From a virus, in the IMG/VR virus record IMGVR_UViG_3300050821_005389, positions 1-64,000 of that record: DNA of 64,000 nt. One strand, 5' to 3'. The number at the start of each line of letters is the position of its first letter. The stretch's first letter is position 1. The position numbers and the translations under genes are program-made. Positions 1-9,259 of this stretch are shown here, in pieces. The notes under the pieces were generated by a model, which ran no database searches, was not told the DNA's origin, and worked only from the letters and a program-made list of their open reading frames with translations.

Positions 1-229
1 TGAGGTTCGCGCCGCTGAGGTCCGCTCTTCTGAGGTCCGCGCCGCTGAGGTTCGCGCTTCTGAGGTTCGCGCTTCTGAGGTCCGCGCCGCTGAGGTTCGC
101 GCTTCTGAGGTTCGCGCCGCTGAGGTTCGCGCCAGCTTTTCTAGCCGCCTCTACTGCCAGCAATAGGCTTGCCGCCTCGCACGTAAACAAGATAGTTGAA
201 TCCCATCGAGATTTAATCTCATATTTCAT
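1..229 (-). CDS. Pentapeptide-repeat protein (runs off left edge; not in ORF track)
   Basis: ATG at 229 after GAGGTAG. Reads [33 protein letters not shown], then [15 protein letters not shown] repeats encoded by a 15-bp tandem repeat at 1-133. Confidence 0.85.
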   Translation of the reverse strand, partial: MKYEIKSRWDSTILFTCEAASLLLAVEAARKAGANLSGANLRSANLSGADLRSANLRSANLSGADLRRADLSGANL

Positions 230-252
230 ACTACCTCACAATCAATCGGATA

Positions 253-465
253 TTATTTATCTTCTGGCACGCAACTCGAATCGCAGTACTGCTTGCCATC
301 CTTCACAACCCAACCGTGTTGTATTAAATCTTTCTCAATCGCCGAGTCCGCCGTATCGTAATATCCGCTTTTACCGGAATAATCATGAAACACATAGGCC
401 GGCTCGATCTCTATTTTTGCATCACACGTATCACAATACACCGGAACAATAGCATCGCCGATCAT
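253..465 (-). CDS. Small hypothetical protein with CxxC motifs
   Basis: ORF track; GGAGG RBS upstream; CDTC and CDSSC motifs. Confidence 0.7.
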   Translation of the reverse strand: MIGDAIVPVYCDTCDAKIEIEPAYVFHDYSGKSGYYDTADSAIEKDLIQHGWVVKDGKQYCDSSCVPEDK

Positions 466-474
466 ACAGCCTCC

Positions 475-801
475 TTAAGACGTTGGAACGCATATTCCCT
501 CGCGTCCCCAATCGTTTGTATAACCATCCGGTACTTGAATCTTCACCGTGCAACCTCGCGGATCGTTCTGGAATACAGCTACAGCACCGAATGATTTACA
601 GATAGTAGAAACTTTTTTCAACAAACGCAAAAGTTTTAATTCTTCTTCGGGGGTCAAACCACGATTGCATTGATCCTCTGCGATTCGGCCTATGCTAGAA
701 CCGTAACGCATAATTCGTTGAAGATCGTGGATTGTTGCTGACGAATGTCGCGCCATCAAAAATGCGAATTCTATCTTTTCTTTCGTTGTGGCCGTTCTCA
801 T
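475..801 (-). CDS. Hypothetical early phage protein
   Basis: ORF track; GGAGG RBS; lies directly behind the promoter at 843-871. Confidence 0.75.
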   Translation of the reverse strand: MRTATTKEKIEFAFLMARHSSATIHDLQRIMRYGSSIGRIAEDQCNRGLTPEEELKLLRLLKKVSTICKSFGAVAVFQNDPRGCTVKIQVPDGYTNDWGREGICVPTS

Positions 802-842
802 TTTTGTTGCCTCCGTTTTTAATGACCTGTCCGGTCAAGTTC

Positions 843-871
843 AATCTAACAAAACCGTGAAACCTTGTCAA
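843..871 (-). promoter_or_regulatory. sigma70-like promoter
   Basis: TTGACA-N17-TAGATT with extended TG on the minus strand. Confidence 0.7.
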
Positions 872-894
872 GAAAAATCGTAAACAAGTAAGTA

Positions 895-1143
895 TTAATT
901 CTCTTCTAGTTCCTGCAATACTTTTCTTAATTGTCTTCTAATTAAATCTTCACCCGCTTTTTTAGCTTCGCTTAGTTCGGTGAATCGTGCGCGAAGCGTA
1001 GTGTCTTGAAATGTTACCTGGTAACCGCCGGGATTAGGATCTTCTCTTGATCTCATACTATCCCATCCCACCGTAACCATAAAACCATAAGAGAATCTCA
1101 AATACCAAAAACCATATTTTCCTGCTTCCCATTTAACTTGCAT
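895..1143 (-). CDS. Hypothetical protein
   Basis: ORF track; co-oriented with neighbours. Confidence 0.65.
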   Translation of the reverse strand: MQVKWEAGKYGFWYLRFSYGFMVTVGWDSMRSREDPNPGGYQVTFQDTTLRARFTELSEAKKAGEDLIRRQLRKVLQELEEN

Positions 1144-1189
1144 AGATCAATTTCCGAATCCATTTTGCTCTATAGATTCCATGTAACTT

Positions 1190-1390
1190 TTACACATCTA
1201 GACATTTTCGGAGCGAATCCGCATACTCCGATAGAGCCGTAAATGATAGGGATAATTTACGGGCTCGATTCTCTTGGCGTGTATCATCGGGATTGATAAT
1301 ATCTAGCGCGTCCGCGATTAATTGGAGATCGTTCGCGGATAATTTAATTTCTGTTTCGCCGTACTTGACATAGACGCCCTGTTTTGCCAT
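1190..1390 (-). CDS. Hypothetical protein
   Basis: ORF track; co-oriented. Confidence 0.6.
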   Translation of the reverse strand: MAKQGVYVKYGETEIKLSANDLQLIADALDIINPDDTRQENRARKLSLSFTALSEYADSLRKCLDV

Positions 1391-1436
1391 AACATCATCC
1401 GTTCGCTGATAGATAATGAACTATTGTTTTTGTGAC

Positions 1437-1754
1437 TTAAACTCCTAACGCCTGGTTGCGTTCGCTAGCAATTCTCAACGCTTCGAGACGCAATTCCTTA
1501 CGAGTTAAATGCTTCGTTTGCTCGTAACATTGACGCGCCCGATCTTCACTCAATACTCGGAATAAATTATCTGCTAACCTACTACTTGGATTTTTAAGCG
1601 TACGGCGAACCAATGCCGCTATCACATACTCGCCGTCATTCATTTCAAAGCAAGTATCAAAGCACCGACCATTTAACGGTATAGTTCCTGTCCCTATTAC
1701 CGATGCCGCATAGTTGACTCGATCCTCAAACGCATCGCGGTTATACACGTCCAT
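1437..1754 (-). CDS. Hypothetical protein
   Basis: ORF track; GGAGG RBS. Confidence 0.7.
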   Translation of the reverse strand: MDVYNRDAFEDRVNYAASVIGTGTIPLNGRCFDTCFEMNDGEYVIAALVRRTLKNPSSRLADNLFRVLSEDRARQCYEQTKHLTRKELRLEALRIASERNQALGV

Positions 1755-1777
1755 ATTGCCCTCCGAGAAACAATTGA

Positions 1778-2026
1778 TTATTGTTTGTGCCTATTCACAA
1801 GTACAACACTTGAATTGCAGACAGGACACGTCCGCGATCCTACAACCTCTTCTTGATTCTCGTTCGCTTCGGCCATTGCTTTCTGAATTAGCTTGATCCA
1901 ACCGTCGCCACGATTATGAGCACTAACCGTACCGGAGTAGATGCGGCGCGTATTGATGTACGCTTCGACATCGTAGGTTGCTTGTGTTTCCGATCCGCCA
2001 GTATTCATTACCTTGAGCAATAGCAT
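1778..2026 (-). CDS. Hypothetical protein (start likely ATG 2026, MLLLKVMN...)
   Basis: GGAGG RBS precedes the internal ATG of track ORF 1778..2119; C-terminal CPVC. Confidence 0.6.
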   Translation of the reverse strand: MLLLKVMNTGGSETQATYDVEAYINTRRIYSGTVSAHNRGDGWIKLIQKAMAEANENQEEVVGSRTCPVCNSSVVLVNRHKQ

Positions 2027-2057
2027 GTTACCTCCAACATCACTCGACTGTTGATTG

Positions 2058-2309
2058 TTAATCGACGTTGGCGAAACGCGGGTTCGCGCCAACCTTTGCC
2101 AGATTAAACACGTTGACACGCTCGGGCATATCCGCGCCTTTCCAGTCGATTGAGGCTAGGATAAGGTGCGATCCAAGCGCTTGAATGCCTGTAATAGTTC
2201 CGCGTGCGTGTGCCGCTTCGCCGTGACTCATTCCGCACGATTTTAGGAATTGAACGGAATAGGCCACTTTGTCGCCCACTTGGAATTTCGGTACAGAGTA
2301 CGTTCGCAT
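2058..2309 (-). CDS. Hypothetical protein
   Basis: ORF track; AGGAGG RBS. Confidence 0.7.
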   Translation of the reverse strand: MRTYSVPKFQVGDKVAYSVQFLKSCGMSHGEAAHARGTITGIQALGSHLILASIDWKGADMPERVNVFNLAKVGANPRFANVD

Positions 2310-2332
2310 ATCGCCTCCTAATCAATGTCTTC

Positions 2333-2491
2333 TTAATTACCTTCCGTAATCTCAACCGGCCAAAACTTAATGGGAATCAAACCTGCCGCATGATCTAGTA
2401 CGTTCTGTGCTTCGTCGGTATCGCCTATCTCTAACATGCGCCTAGCATCTTGAATTGCTATAGCTAACTCTTTAATCTGTTTGTCAGTCAT
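2333..2491 (-). CDS. Small hypothetical protein, 52 aa (MTDKQIKELAIAIQDARRML...)
   Basis: Translated by hand; GGAGG RBS; below the ORF-track size cut-off. Confidence 0.6.
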   Translation of the reverse strand: MTDKQIKELAIAIQDARRMLEIGDTDEAQNVLDHAAGLIPIKFWPVEITEGN

Positions 2492-2528
2492 CGCGATAGC
2501 CTCCATTCGAGAATCAATGCCTTGTTAC

Positions 2529-3182
2529 TTATCTCACAACTTTCAAAGCCGGTAAATTCTCTCTGCGATATGCGGCAGCAATCGCTCGCTTACTGAATCC
2601 AAATTGAGCCAAGATACCGCGCAATTCCGCTAATTGCTCTTGCTCGATCTCAGCAATGTATTCCTTGTCTGAATCGGATTCGATTCCCCACAATCCGCCG
2701 GATCTTACAACTTGCTCGGTGTATCCGAAACCGTCTGGTGTGCTGATATGCGCTACTGCTTGAATACCGATATAGTGCCATTGGCCGTCATCCAAGCTCG
2801 TCATCCGGCTATAGTCTTGTAATGCGTTGTTTTGCATCGCAAGAAACCAATACGATCTCTTATCGTCCACGGTTGCGGGAATCCAAGATGCGCCCACGTC
2901 AAATGGCTCTACCGTACCGGGATTGAAATAACGGTTTCGGCTAACATCCCAAGATGTGCAATCACATTCGCGTGCATCGTCCGGCACGTCAGCATTAGCC
3001 CAAAAATGCGGGCAGTCGCCGTCGTGTGCGCGATCTATTGAAAACTCATTTTCGGGAGAGTCGGAATACGTGCCAATATAGGATGGATCGTTTACATCGT
3101 CAAGCTTGTGGACTATCTCGACGCGTTCTATCTTATTCGGTATGCGTTTTGCCTTTGCTTGCGGCATCGTCTTTACCCTCAT
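2529..3182 (-). CDS. Hypothetical protein
   Basis: 217-aa ORF directly behind the promoter at 3205-3233. Confidence 0.75.
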   Translation of the reverse strand: MRVKTMPQAKAKRIPNKIERVEIVHKLDDVNDPSYIGTYSDSPENEFSIDRAHDGDCPHFWANADVPDDARECDCTSWDVSRNRYFNPGTVEPFDVGASWIPATVDDKRSYWFLAMQNNALQDYSRMTSLDDGQWHYIGIQAVAHISTPDGFGYTEQVVRSGGLWGIESDSDKEYIAEIEQEQLAELRGILAQFGFSKRAIAAAYRRENLPALKVVR

Positions 3183-3204
3183 TTTAGATTTTAACTGCTA
3201 CTGC

Positions 3205-3233
3205 TTTGTATCAGACTGCCCAAACCTTGTCAA
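3205..3233 (-). promoter_or_regulatory. sigma70-like promoter
   Basis: TTGACA-N17-TACAAA; shares CTTGACAAGGTTT with the promoter at 843-871. Confidence 0.6.
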
Positions 3234-3524
3234 GCAAAAAAGAGAATCAATCAACCCTTAATTTTGGGACAATACTGACCGCGCACGCATGTTAATGTGA
3301 CGGCCGAGAGAACAGAACCACAAGAGCAAAGCATGTTTTTAGCCAGTCTTTGTTTCTCTTTTTGAATCTCTTTCTCTATCCTATCGAATGCTTTGGCTCG
3401 CATTTACTTTTCCCCTTGTTGTATCAACGCGATCCGGCCGTTTAATAGCTTGATAGCTACTAGGCGTCGTTTCGGGTTGGCTTTGATAACCATGTGTCGA
3501 GTGTCCATCATTTTCATTTGATTG

Positions 3525-3737
3525 TCAAGCATTATTTTTAACTATTTTGCGTGTATTATTTGACACACTGCGCCAATGGTCAAGCATAGCTGTGGCGATC
3601 CGCAAATCTTCTTCTGTGGCTCTAGCATTGCGCTTTACAGATTCACACCACGCTATTTGATACTCGCGTTGCTGCGCTAGCCAGTCGGTATTACCTGATA
3701 GCCTGTCACTGGCTGTGATCTTCGTGGCTCGGTCCAT
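3525..3737 (-). CDS. Hypothetical protein
   Basis: ORF track; GAGGTG RBS. Confidence 0.65.
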   Translation of the reverse strand: MDRATKITASDRLSGNTDWLAQQREYQIAWCESVKRNARATEEDLRIATAMLDHWRSVSNNTRKIVKNNA

Positions 3738-3753
3738 AAGTCACCTCTCACCG

Positions 3754-3782
3754 ATAGTAGGCCAGTGGCTAGCAAACGTCAA
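3754..3782 (-). promoter_or_regulatory. sigma70-like promoter
   Basis: TTGACG-N17-TACTAT. Confidence 0.6.
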
Positions 3783-3804
3783 TCAAAGGAATGCTGTAAT
3801 GTAT

Positions 3805-4446
3805 CTAATCAGTACTCTTTGCAAAGTCTAGCAGTGATTTACGCTGCCGTTCGTCCTCTTCGCGTGCGACTCGCATAGACTCTTGATATTCGGCGGCCGA
3901 AACATTAGCCACTTCACCGTCTATCACAACGGGTTGATAAGGCTTTTCCTTTGGCTTGACTGGTTCTGGCTTAGGTTCCGGCGGTGGCTCGTATTGCCTC
4001 TTTTCGGCTAGAACCTGTTGGATTGGCTTGCCGCGAGGCTTATTGACGTCTTTATAGACTTCATAGCCACCTGGTTCGATGCGTACAAGCTTTTCTCTCG
4101 GTGAGTGTATTTCCTCTTCAACAGGCGCGAGATCGGCATACCTACACTCCGAGAAACACGTGCCAGTCCAATGCGGTCCACCATCTGCGAAGTGATCTTG
4201 AGCCAAATAATGGCGAATCTCGTCGAACCAATAAAGAGCATGAAACGACGTGCGATCGCCGTCGCTATCGGTTATGTAACAGGGTTCATCTACTGTTTTT
4301 AATACTTCGTTCAATACTCTTCGAATTCGCCTCGATTGAGACTTGCACGCTCGACAATATCGTGTACCGTCGCTCGGTCGAATCCAAACATTATCAGGCG
4401 TCATATCATGCTTGCCGCTTTGACATACCGTGTCTTTGTGTCGCAT
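3805..4446 (-). CDS. Hypothetical protein with N-terminal Cys/His zinc-binding-like motif
   Basis: CQSGKHDMTPDN...RYCRACK resembles the small zinc module often appended to phage HNH proteins; AGGAG RBS. Confidence 0.65.
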   Translation of the reverse strand: MRHKDTVCQSGKHDMTPDNVWIRPSDGTRYCRACKSQSRRIRRVLNEVLKTVDEPCYITDSDGDRTSFHALYWFDEIRHYLAQDHFADGGPHWTGTCFSECRYADLAPVEEEIHSPREKLVRIEPGGYEVYKDVNKPRGKPIQQVLAEKRQYEPPPEPKPEPVKPKEKPYQPVVIDGEVANVSAAEYQESMRVAREEDERQRKSLLDFAKSTD

Positions 4447-4509
4447 AACTCTCCTGTCGGGTTTTTCCCGTCACAATACTTAGATGCGATGTGTCAAGAA
4501 AAGGTTTCA

Positions 4510-4739
4510 TCTCGTCACAATATAAGCGTCACACTTGTGTCATAGTTTAGCGTGGAGTAAGAGAGAGAGATTTTACCAGAAAAAACAGTATTTTAGTAAG
4601 TGTATTATTATCTTATACTTATATAAAATATCCCTCACTTTACATTTTAAGAGCATTTTGGTGACATTATTCGAAAAAGATCTCTCTCTTAGACCACGTT
4701 AAACCCTGACGTAAGTGTGACTGGTTAGGTGTGACGGGA
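4510..4739. repeat. Long imperfect inverted repeat flanking an AT-rich core
   Basis: Arm 4528-4571 (gtcacacttgtgtcatagtttagcgtggagtaagagagagagat) matches the reverse complement of 4680-4721 (gtcacacttacgtcagggtttaacgtggtctaagagagagat). Outer tctcgtcaca/tgtgacggga also pair. Confidence 0.85.
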
Positions 4740-5395
4740 TACAGGATGTTCCTGACACGAGAGCAGGAGTGCAGACCTAGTGCAGAATGCCGAGCGCCGA
4801 GAGATCGCGCTATGAGGCTAACAGATTATTACTAAATCGATTGGTTAACTAACGAGCAATTTGATTGCCGTGAAATTTTTCGTAAAGAGTTTTGAGCACA
4901 AATGTAACTTTTTTACCCATTCGAAGCGATCCGAGCAACGTAATTAACGGAGCATTATGTATTAGCGCAACAAAACACAAGACTTCGCAACAAAACGGAC
5001 TAATTTAATACCCGCAAGGCGAGCGATCAGGCGCGAAATAGGCCTAATCGAGCGCATGAGCTTGTGAGCGCCGGCGAAAGGTTAAATTGTTTAGTTTGAG
5101 TTAGTTGCGGCGAAGAATGCTTTTTGTTTGGCTGGTTAAGACCGGGCGCGGTCGCCCCCGGAGCCTGATGGAGCCTCGAAGCATCAGCGATGGCAAAATA
5201 GGCCGGGTACCTCCCCCAGCCGCCCCTTTTCTATTTAAGCACCTGATTATAAAAAAGTTATATTGGGTTGACCTATATTTAGACCTATTGATTATGTATT
5301 TTTAAAAAATAATGCATGCCCGTTTCCGAACCGCTTGTAGGAAGAAAGAAAAAAAAGAAGGGAAACCTTTCTTCAAATTCAAAATTTAACGATAT

Positions 5396-5442
5396 GGCTA
5401 GGGGGTGCCATCACCACCCCCGGCCAACTCTGTGATGGAGAG
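5396..5442 (+). promoter_or_regulatory. Kissing-loop leader, copy 1
   Basis: GGGGGTG-[CCATCAC]-CACCCCC ... CTCT-[GTGATGG]-AGAG, then ATG 5446. Confidence 0.85.
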
Positions 5443-5445
5443 AAC

Positions 5446-6000
5446 ATGTATATTTCAGACGAACGCGCTCGGGAGATCAATCCCAATTTCGGTAAGGTAA
5501 AAGAACCAAAACCTAAATCTAAGCGTCAGCCAGTTTTTAAAGTAAAAGAGTTAGAAAAGCTAGTTCCTTTTGATTTCGCCGTCAGAACACCCAACACGGC
5601 TATGAAGGAGCTTTCAAAGCAGGTTTTACCAGCCGAGAAGTTTCGGCGCCAGATAAGTAAGCCTAGACTTGATTGTTCGCCGGTTTACGATAATATTTAC
5701 TTTATCGTTCCTGAAAACGAGCGGATGGTTAAGATTGGTCGATCAATCGATGTTCAGAGGCGATTGATAGATTTGCAAATAGGAAGTCCGGTTCGACTCC
5801 GAGTGTATGCTTCTTTCAGAGTTCCGCTTTCTCATAGCGTAAGCATTGAAGGGTATCTTCACTACGCATTTAAGAAACACTATCTTCACGGCGAGTGGTT
5901 TAAGTTTACTGCCGAGATGAAGCGAGCCGTAGATCGAGGGGCTGATTTGATACCGAGTGAAGCCGCACTAAATGATTACTTACAGTCGAGGTCGGCATGA
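5446..6000 (+). CDS. GIY-YIG-superfamily nuclease (T5orf172/MUG113-like)
   Basis: IYFI...VKIGRS.DV.RRL.DLQ.GSP..L...IE..LH..F...GEWF motif. Confidence 0.8.
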   Translation: MYISDERAREINPNFGKVKEPKPKSKRQPVFKVKELEKLVPFDFAVRTPNTAMKELSKQVLPAEKFRRQISKPRLDCSPVYDNIYFIVPENERMVKIGRSIDVQRRLIDLQIGSPVRLRVYASFRVPLSHSVSIEGYLHYAFKKHYLHGEWFKFTAEMKRAVDRGADLIPSEAALNDYLQSRSA

Positions 6001-6091
6001 CCACCCTTATAACCCTTTTCTCCTTTGTAACCTTCTCCGTGTCCTTTTCGCTCCTGTCGACCCAACTGGCTAGAATCAACAAAACAAAAAT

Positions 6092-6340
6092 ATGAATGAC
6101 TATACTACACCTGGTCGCGGACAGGCAGGCCCGTTCGGTAAAGAAGACGCTTCCGACCCTAAACCGCCGGCACAGCGCAACCCCGCAATCAAGGATCCCG
6201 GCCGCATCTGGCAAAGAGAAACTCGCGAAGGGCGCCCCTTGGACCCAAGCGGCAAGCTCAGAATCCAAACCGCCCGTCCGGATCTTAAACAAACCGGTCA
6301 TGTCGACCTAACCAGACTACCGAGGTTCAAGAAGATTTAA
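6092..6340 (+). CDS. Hypothetical protein
   Basis: ORF track; stop abuts next start (TAA ATG). Confidence 0.5.
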   Translation: MNDYTTPGRGQAGPFGKEDASDPKPPAQRNPAIKDPGRIWQRETREGRPLDPSGKLRIQTARPDLKQTGHVDLTRLPRFKKI

Positions 6341-6595
6341 ATGGGTGATTTTGATTTATATAACGTGTGGGACGGTACTAGAACTTTCTTGATTCACTGG
6401 TTTGTTAAGTTTCTGATGTTCGTTTTACCTTTATCGATAATCGAAGCTATAAACGAGAAGTTTCGTCGACCATGTGATTTTCATTTTCTTTATTATGGTA
6501 GTTGGAACGGTAGCTGTCTTTGGTGTGGAACTTGGCAAGGACGACAAAGCATTAAACCGGATGTTGTAGACATAAGAGAGGCAGAGGCGAAGTGA
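6341..6595 (+). CDS. Small membrane-associated hypothetical protein
   Basis: Hydrophobic stretch; coupled to neighbours. Confidence 0.55.
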   Translation: MGDFDLYNVWDGTRTFLIHWFVKFLMFVLPLSIIEAINEKFRRPCDFHFLYYGSWNGSCLWCGTWQGRQSIKPDVVDIREAEAK

Positions 6596-6807
6596 CTGAC
6601 ATCTTCGAACAAAACGGCATTTGCCGCCAGTGCGGCGTTCCCCACGGCCCCAACCCCTGCCCGAAGCGTGTGAACAGTGTACGAGCCTCGGAAGGGGTGC
6701 CAACCCCACCCGTAACGCCTCCCCCGGCGCCGTCAGAACCTTCGAAGGCAGTTTCATTGAACTCTCCTGGTTTTTGGGACTGGGCGAAACTTTGGAAAAT
6801 GACTTAA
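6592..6807 (+). CDS. Hypothetical protein (CxxC, Pro-rich)
   Basis: GTGA overlap with upstream gene. Confidence 0.55.
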   Translation: MTDIFEQNGICRQCGVPHGPNPCPKRVNSVRASEGVPTPPVTPPPAPSEPSKAVSLNSPGFWDWAKLWKMT

Positions 6808-6953
6808 TGGAACCCGAAAGCCTCGAGTCCCTTCTCCGCCAGTACCAAAACGTCCTGGAAGTAAAAAAGTACCTTCGCTACAAACTGGCCGAGCACGGCC
6901 TGAAGAACACCGACCAGATAGAAGAAGCCCTGGCCGAACTGGAGTACACCTAA
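6807..6953 (+). CDS. Small hypothetical protein (MEPESLESLL...)
   Basis: TAATG coupling at 6807; C-terminal part of track ORF 6621..6953. Confidence 0.55.
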   Translation: MEPESLESLLRQYQNVLEVKKYLRYKLAEHGLKNTDQIEEALAELEYT

Positions 6954-6956
6954 ATT

Positions 6957-7208
6957 ATGAACGCAAAAGAAGTTTACGAACAGAAAGCCGACCCATCTAT
7001 GGGCGTAAGTATTCCCGCCGTCAAAAGCGGACGTGGCTGCGACGACACCTTGACGCAAGCCGCAGGAGTCTCCGCGGTAACAAAATCGCCCAGCCCTGGT
7101 GGTCACGCTCAAGTAGGCGCCACACTCAAGGCCGTCAGAATTCAATCCGGTTACCGCCATCTCGACAACATGGTTCAGGAAAATCAAGACATCGAACCAA
7201 CTTACTAA
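6957..7208 (+). CDS. Hypothetical protein
   Basis: ORF track; tightly packed. Confidence 0.6.
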   Translation: MNAKEVYEQKADPSMGVSIPAVKSGRGCDDTLTQAAGVSAVTKSPSPGGHAQVGATLKAVRIQSGYRHLDNMVQENQDIEPTY

Positions 7209-7219
7209 TTAGGAGCAAC

Positions 7220-7855
7220 ATGAATCGAATCTTATCAGTTGTACTAATGGTCGCCATCACCTTGGCAACTATCCCAATGTCCGGTTGCAGCTCCACCAAC
7301 TTCGTCGCCGCCCTTAACGCCATTGTACCCGCCGCTACCGCCGTCATTGAAGTCATCGCCGTCTATGAAGGCAAGCCCGCTGATCCTAACGCCGCGCAAA
7401 AGATTGCCCAAGACGTAACTGCCGCAGAACAGTTCTACGCCGACTATCAAGCCGCATTGGCATCACTCGACGCCGGTCAAGTCGCTAGCACGAAACAAAA
7501 GCTTGAAGCCGGCCTTCAGGTTCTAGTCTCGGATATCGGTTTAATAGAACAAGTCGCCCAGATCAAGGATCCCGCAACTCAGGCCAAGGTCTCTGCACTG
7601 GTTCTCTTAATCCAAACTGGTATCAGTATCGCCGAAGCCGTCGCCGGAGTTCAGCCAGTACCGGTCGCCGCGAAGCTAGTCCGTGCAGGAATCAACCCGA
7701 ACTCGGTCAAAGACGTAAACTCTCTAGTCAAAGCCTTCAACCAGGTTCTTGTCGCTAAGACAGGCAATTCGAAAGTCGACGCTTATACTAGTAAGCACCA
7801 AGTCCACATTCACGGCAAGCTCGCCAGAGTAGCCAGCTTCGGGAAGTTGGCGTAA
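7220..7855 (+). CDS. Putative lipoprotein
   Basis: AGGAG RBS; hydrophobic signal ending in lipobox-like MSG-C. Confidence 0.7.
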   Translation: MNRILSVVLMVAITLATIPMSGCSSTNFVAALNAIVPAATAVIEVIAVYEGKPADPNAAQKIAQDVTAAEQFYADYQAALASLDAGQVASTKQKLEAGLQVLVSDIGLIEQVAQIKDPATQAKVSALVLLIQTGISIAEAVAGVQPVPVAAKLVRAGINPNSVKDVNSLVKAFNQVLVAKTGNSKVDAYTSKHQVHIHGKLARVASFGKLA

Positions 7856-8052
7856 TGCCGGTCGCCGTCGTAGTAATGGGGCTGGTATTAACTGCGTCAA
7901 CTATAGCTGTCAACGGCGCCAACTTCGTTCGAATTCTAAAAGGTGGTCAAGCTATTACTGCAAAATCCGCCAGGTTCGTTAGCCATAAATCGAAACAAGC
8001 GGCTCATAAATCCAAAATAGCGAGCAAAGCTGTAGTTAACTTCTTGAAGTAA
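7855..8052 (+). CDS. Small membrane protein with basic tail
   Basis: TAATG coupling; N-terminal TM segment. Confidence 0.55.
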   Translation: MPVAVVVMGLVLTASTIAVNGANFVRILKGGQAITAKSARFVSHKSKQAAHKSKIASKAVVNFLK

Positions 8053-8060
8053 AGGAGACT

Positions 8061-8789
8061 ATGCGTTTACGCGGAGCCTTCCCTTCCCCGAGACATAAAT
8101 TAGCCGCAGTTTCTCCACATCAACTTCTCGGCACTACACCCAGCCAGTTCCTTTGGAAACCGACGAAGTTGTCAATGTGGCTTAATGACGTAGATGGTGA
8201 TTGCGTCACGGCGGAAGAAGCTTTTAAGTGCGCCTGTAACAATCCGGAAATCTTCATTACAGATGACACTGTCCTTGCGTGGGCAACCGCCAACAATGTT
8301 TTAAACGGCGCCGATCTCACAACTGTAATGGACACGATGCGAACGGCCGGCTTTTCACAAGACAATAATTTGTATAATGACGGTCCGTACGTTTCAGTCG
8401 ACTGGACTAACGAAGCTGTTCTTCAGAACGCCATAGTACAAGGCCCAGTTAAGATCGGAGTAGCCGCCGACCAACTGGAACAAGCAGTAGGAACTGTCAA
8501 TCCTCCGCCAAGCGGTTGGGTCGCAACTGGTTTCCAGAAAGATACGAATGAAGATCATTGCGTCAGCCTTCCTGGTTTTGGTCCAGCAAGCTGGTTAGCG
8601 GAACAACTCGGCGTACCTTCGCCGGGAGACTTTCCGGCTTATGCTTTGTTTACTTGGAGCAGTATCGGGATTATAGACGTACCATCAATGCTAGCTATCA
8701 CAGGTGAAGCCTGGTTACGTAATCCCGGCACGATAACAGTTCCTCAGAATAAACAAACATGGCTAGATAAGATTAAGAAGTTTTTCTAA
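8061..8789 (+). CDS. Putative papain-fold cysteine peptidase
   Basis: NDVDGDCVTA (Cys) ... DHCV (His) ... FTW pattern. Confidence 0.55.
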   Translation: MRLRGAFPSPRHKLAAVSPHQLLGTTPSQFLWKPTKLSMWLNDVDGDCVTAEEAFKCACNNPEIFITDDTVLAWATANNVLNGADLTTVMDTMRTAGFSQDNNLYNDGPYVSVDWTNEAVLQNAIVQGPVKIGVAADQLEQAVGTVNPPPSGWVATGFQKDTNEDHCVSLPGFGPASWLAEQLGVPSPGDFPAYALFTWSSIGIIDVPSMLAITGEAWLRNPGTITVPQNKQTWLDKIKKFF

Positions 8790-9259
8790 TGCCGATCCGT
8801 ATTCAATTGGTAACAGAGAAGTGGAATCCCATTTCAGCCAGTATCCGTTACAGCACCCGAAGCTGGTGCTCACATATTGAATTTTGTGATCTATCCGCCG
8901 GCACAACATTGGGATCTCGCAGCATCGGCGGAGTTAAGATCCGCCCGTCAAGTAAAGATCATTACACCCGCGTTGAGCAGTTCGTTGTCGACGATTACAA
9001 AATAATGCAATCAGCTTACCATTGGGCATTAGGCCAGATCGGCAAGCCTTATGACTTCTCAGCTATTACCGGTATGGTCGTTGATCGAGATTGGCGCAAT
9101 GAATCTAAGTGGTTCTGTTCCGAACTCATCGCCGCCGCATTCGAAGCCGTCGACTATCCACTGTTGTCAACCCGGCCTAGCGTCGGTGTTTACAGAATAA
9201 CACCTCGAGATTTACTTCTTTCAAGACAGTTAACTTTTATTACAGGCACCGGAATATAA
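8789..9259 (+). CDS. Permuted papain-like amidase (YaeF/YiiX, C92-like)
   Basis: SHIE...GKPYDF...WFCSELIA motif order. Confidence 0.8.
   Translation: MPIRIQLVTEKWNPISASIRYSTRSWCSHIEFCDLSAGTTLGSRSIGGVKIRPSSKDHYTRVEQFVVDDYKIMQSAYHWALGQIGKPYDFSAITGMVVDRDWRNESKWFCSELIAAAFEAVDYPLLSTRPSVGVYRITPRDLLLSRQLTFITGTGI

Noticed and set aside
1-133. 15-bp tandem repeat as a CRISPR array or VNTR
   Set aside because: No spacers; it is in-frame coding for a pentapeptide repeat.
4447-4497. Seventh kissing-loop copy or promoter upstream of 3805..4446
   Set aside because: Only a single CGGG-AAAAA-CCCG hairpin; the TTGACA has no correctly spaced -10.
5105-5305. 66-aa ORF in the strand-switch region
   Set aside because: TTG start without RBS in a repeat-rich non-coding region.
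5396-5442. Leader hairpins as intrinsic terminators
   Set aside because: No U tract after stem 1 in the copies, and loop-loop complementarity would be unexplained.
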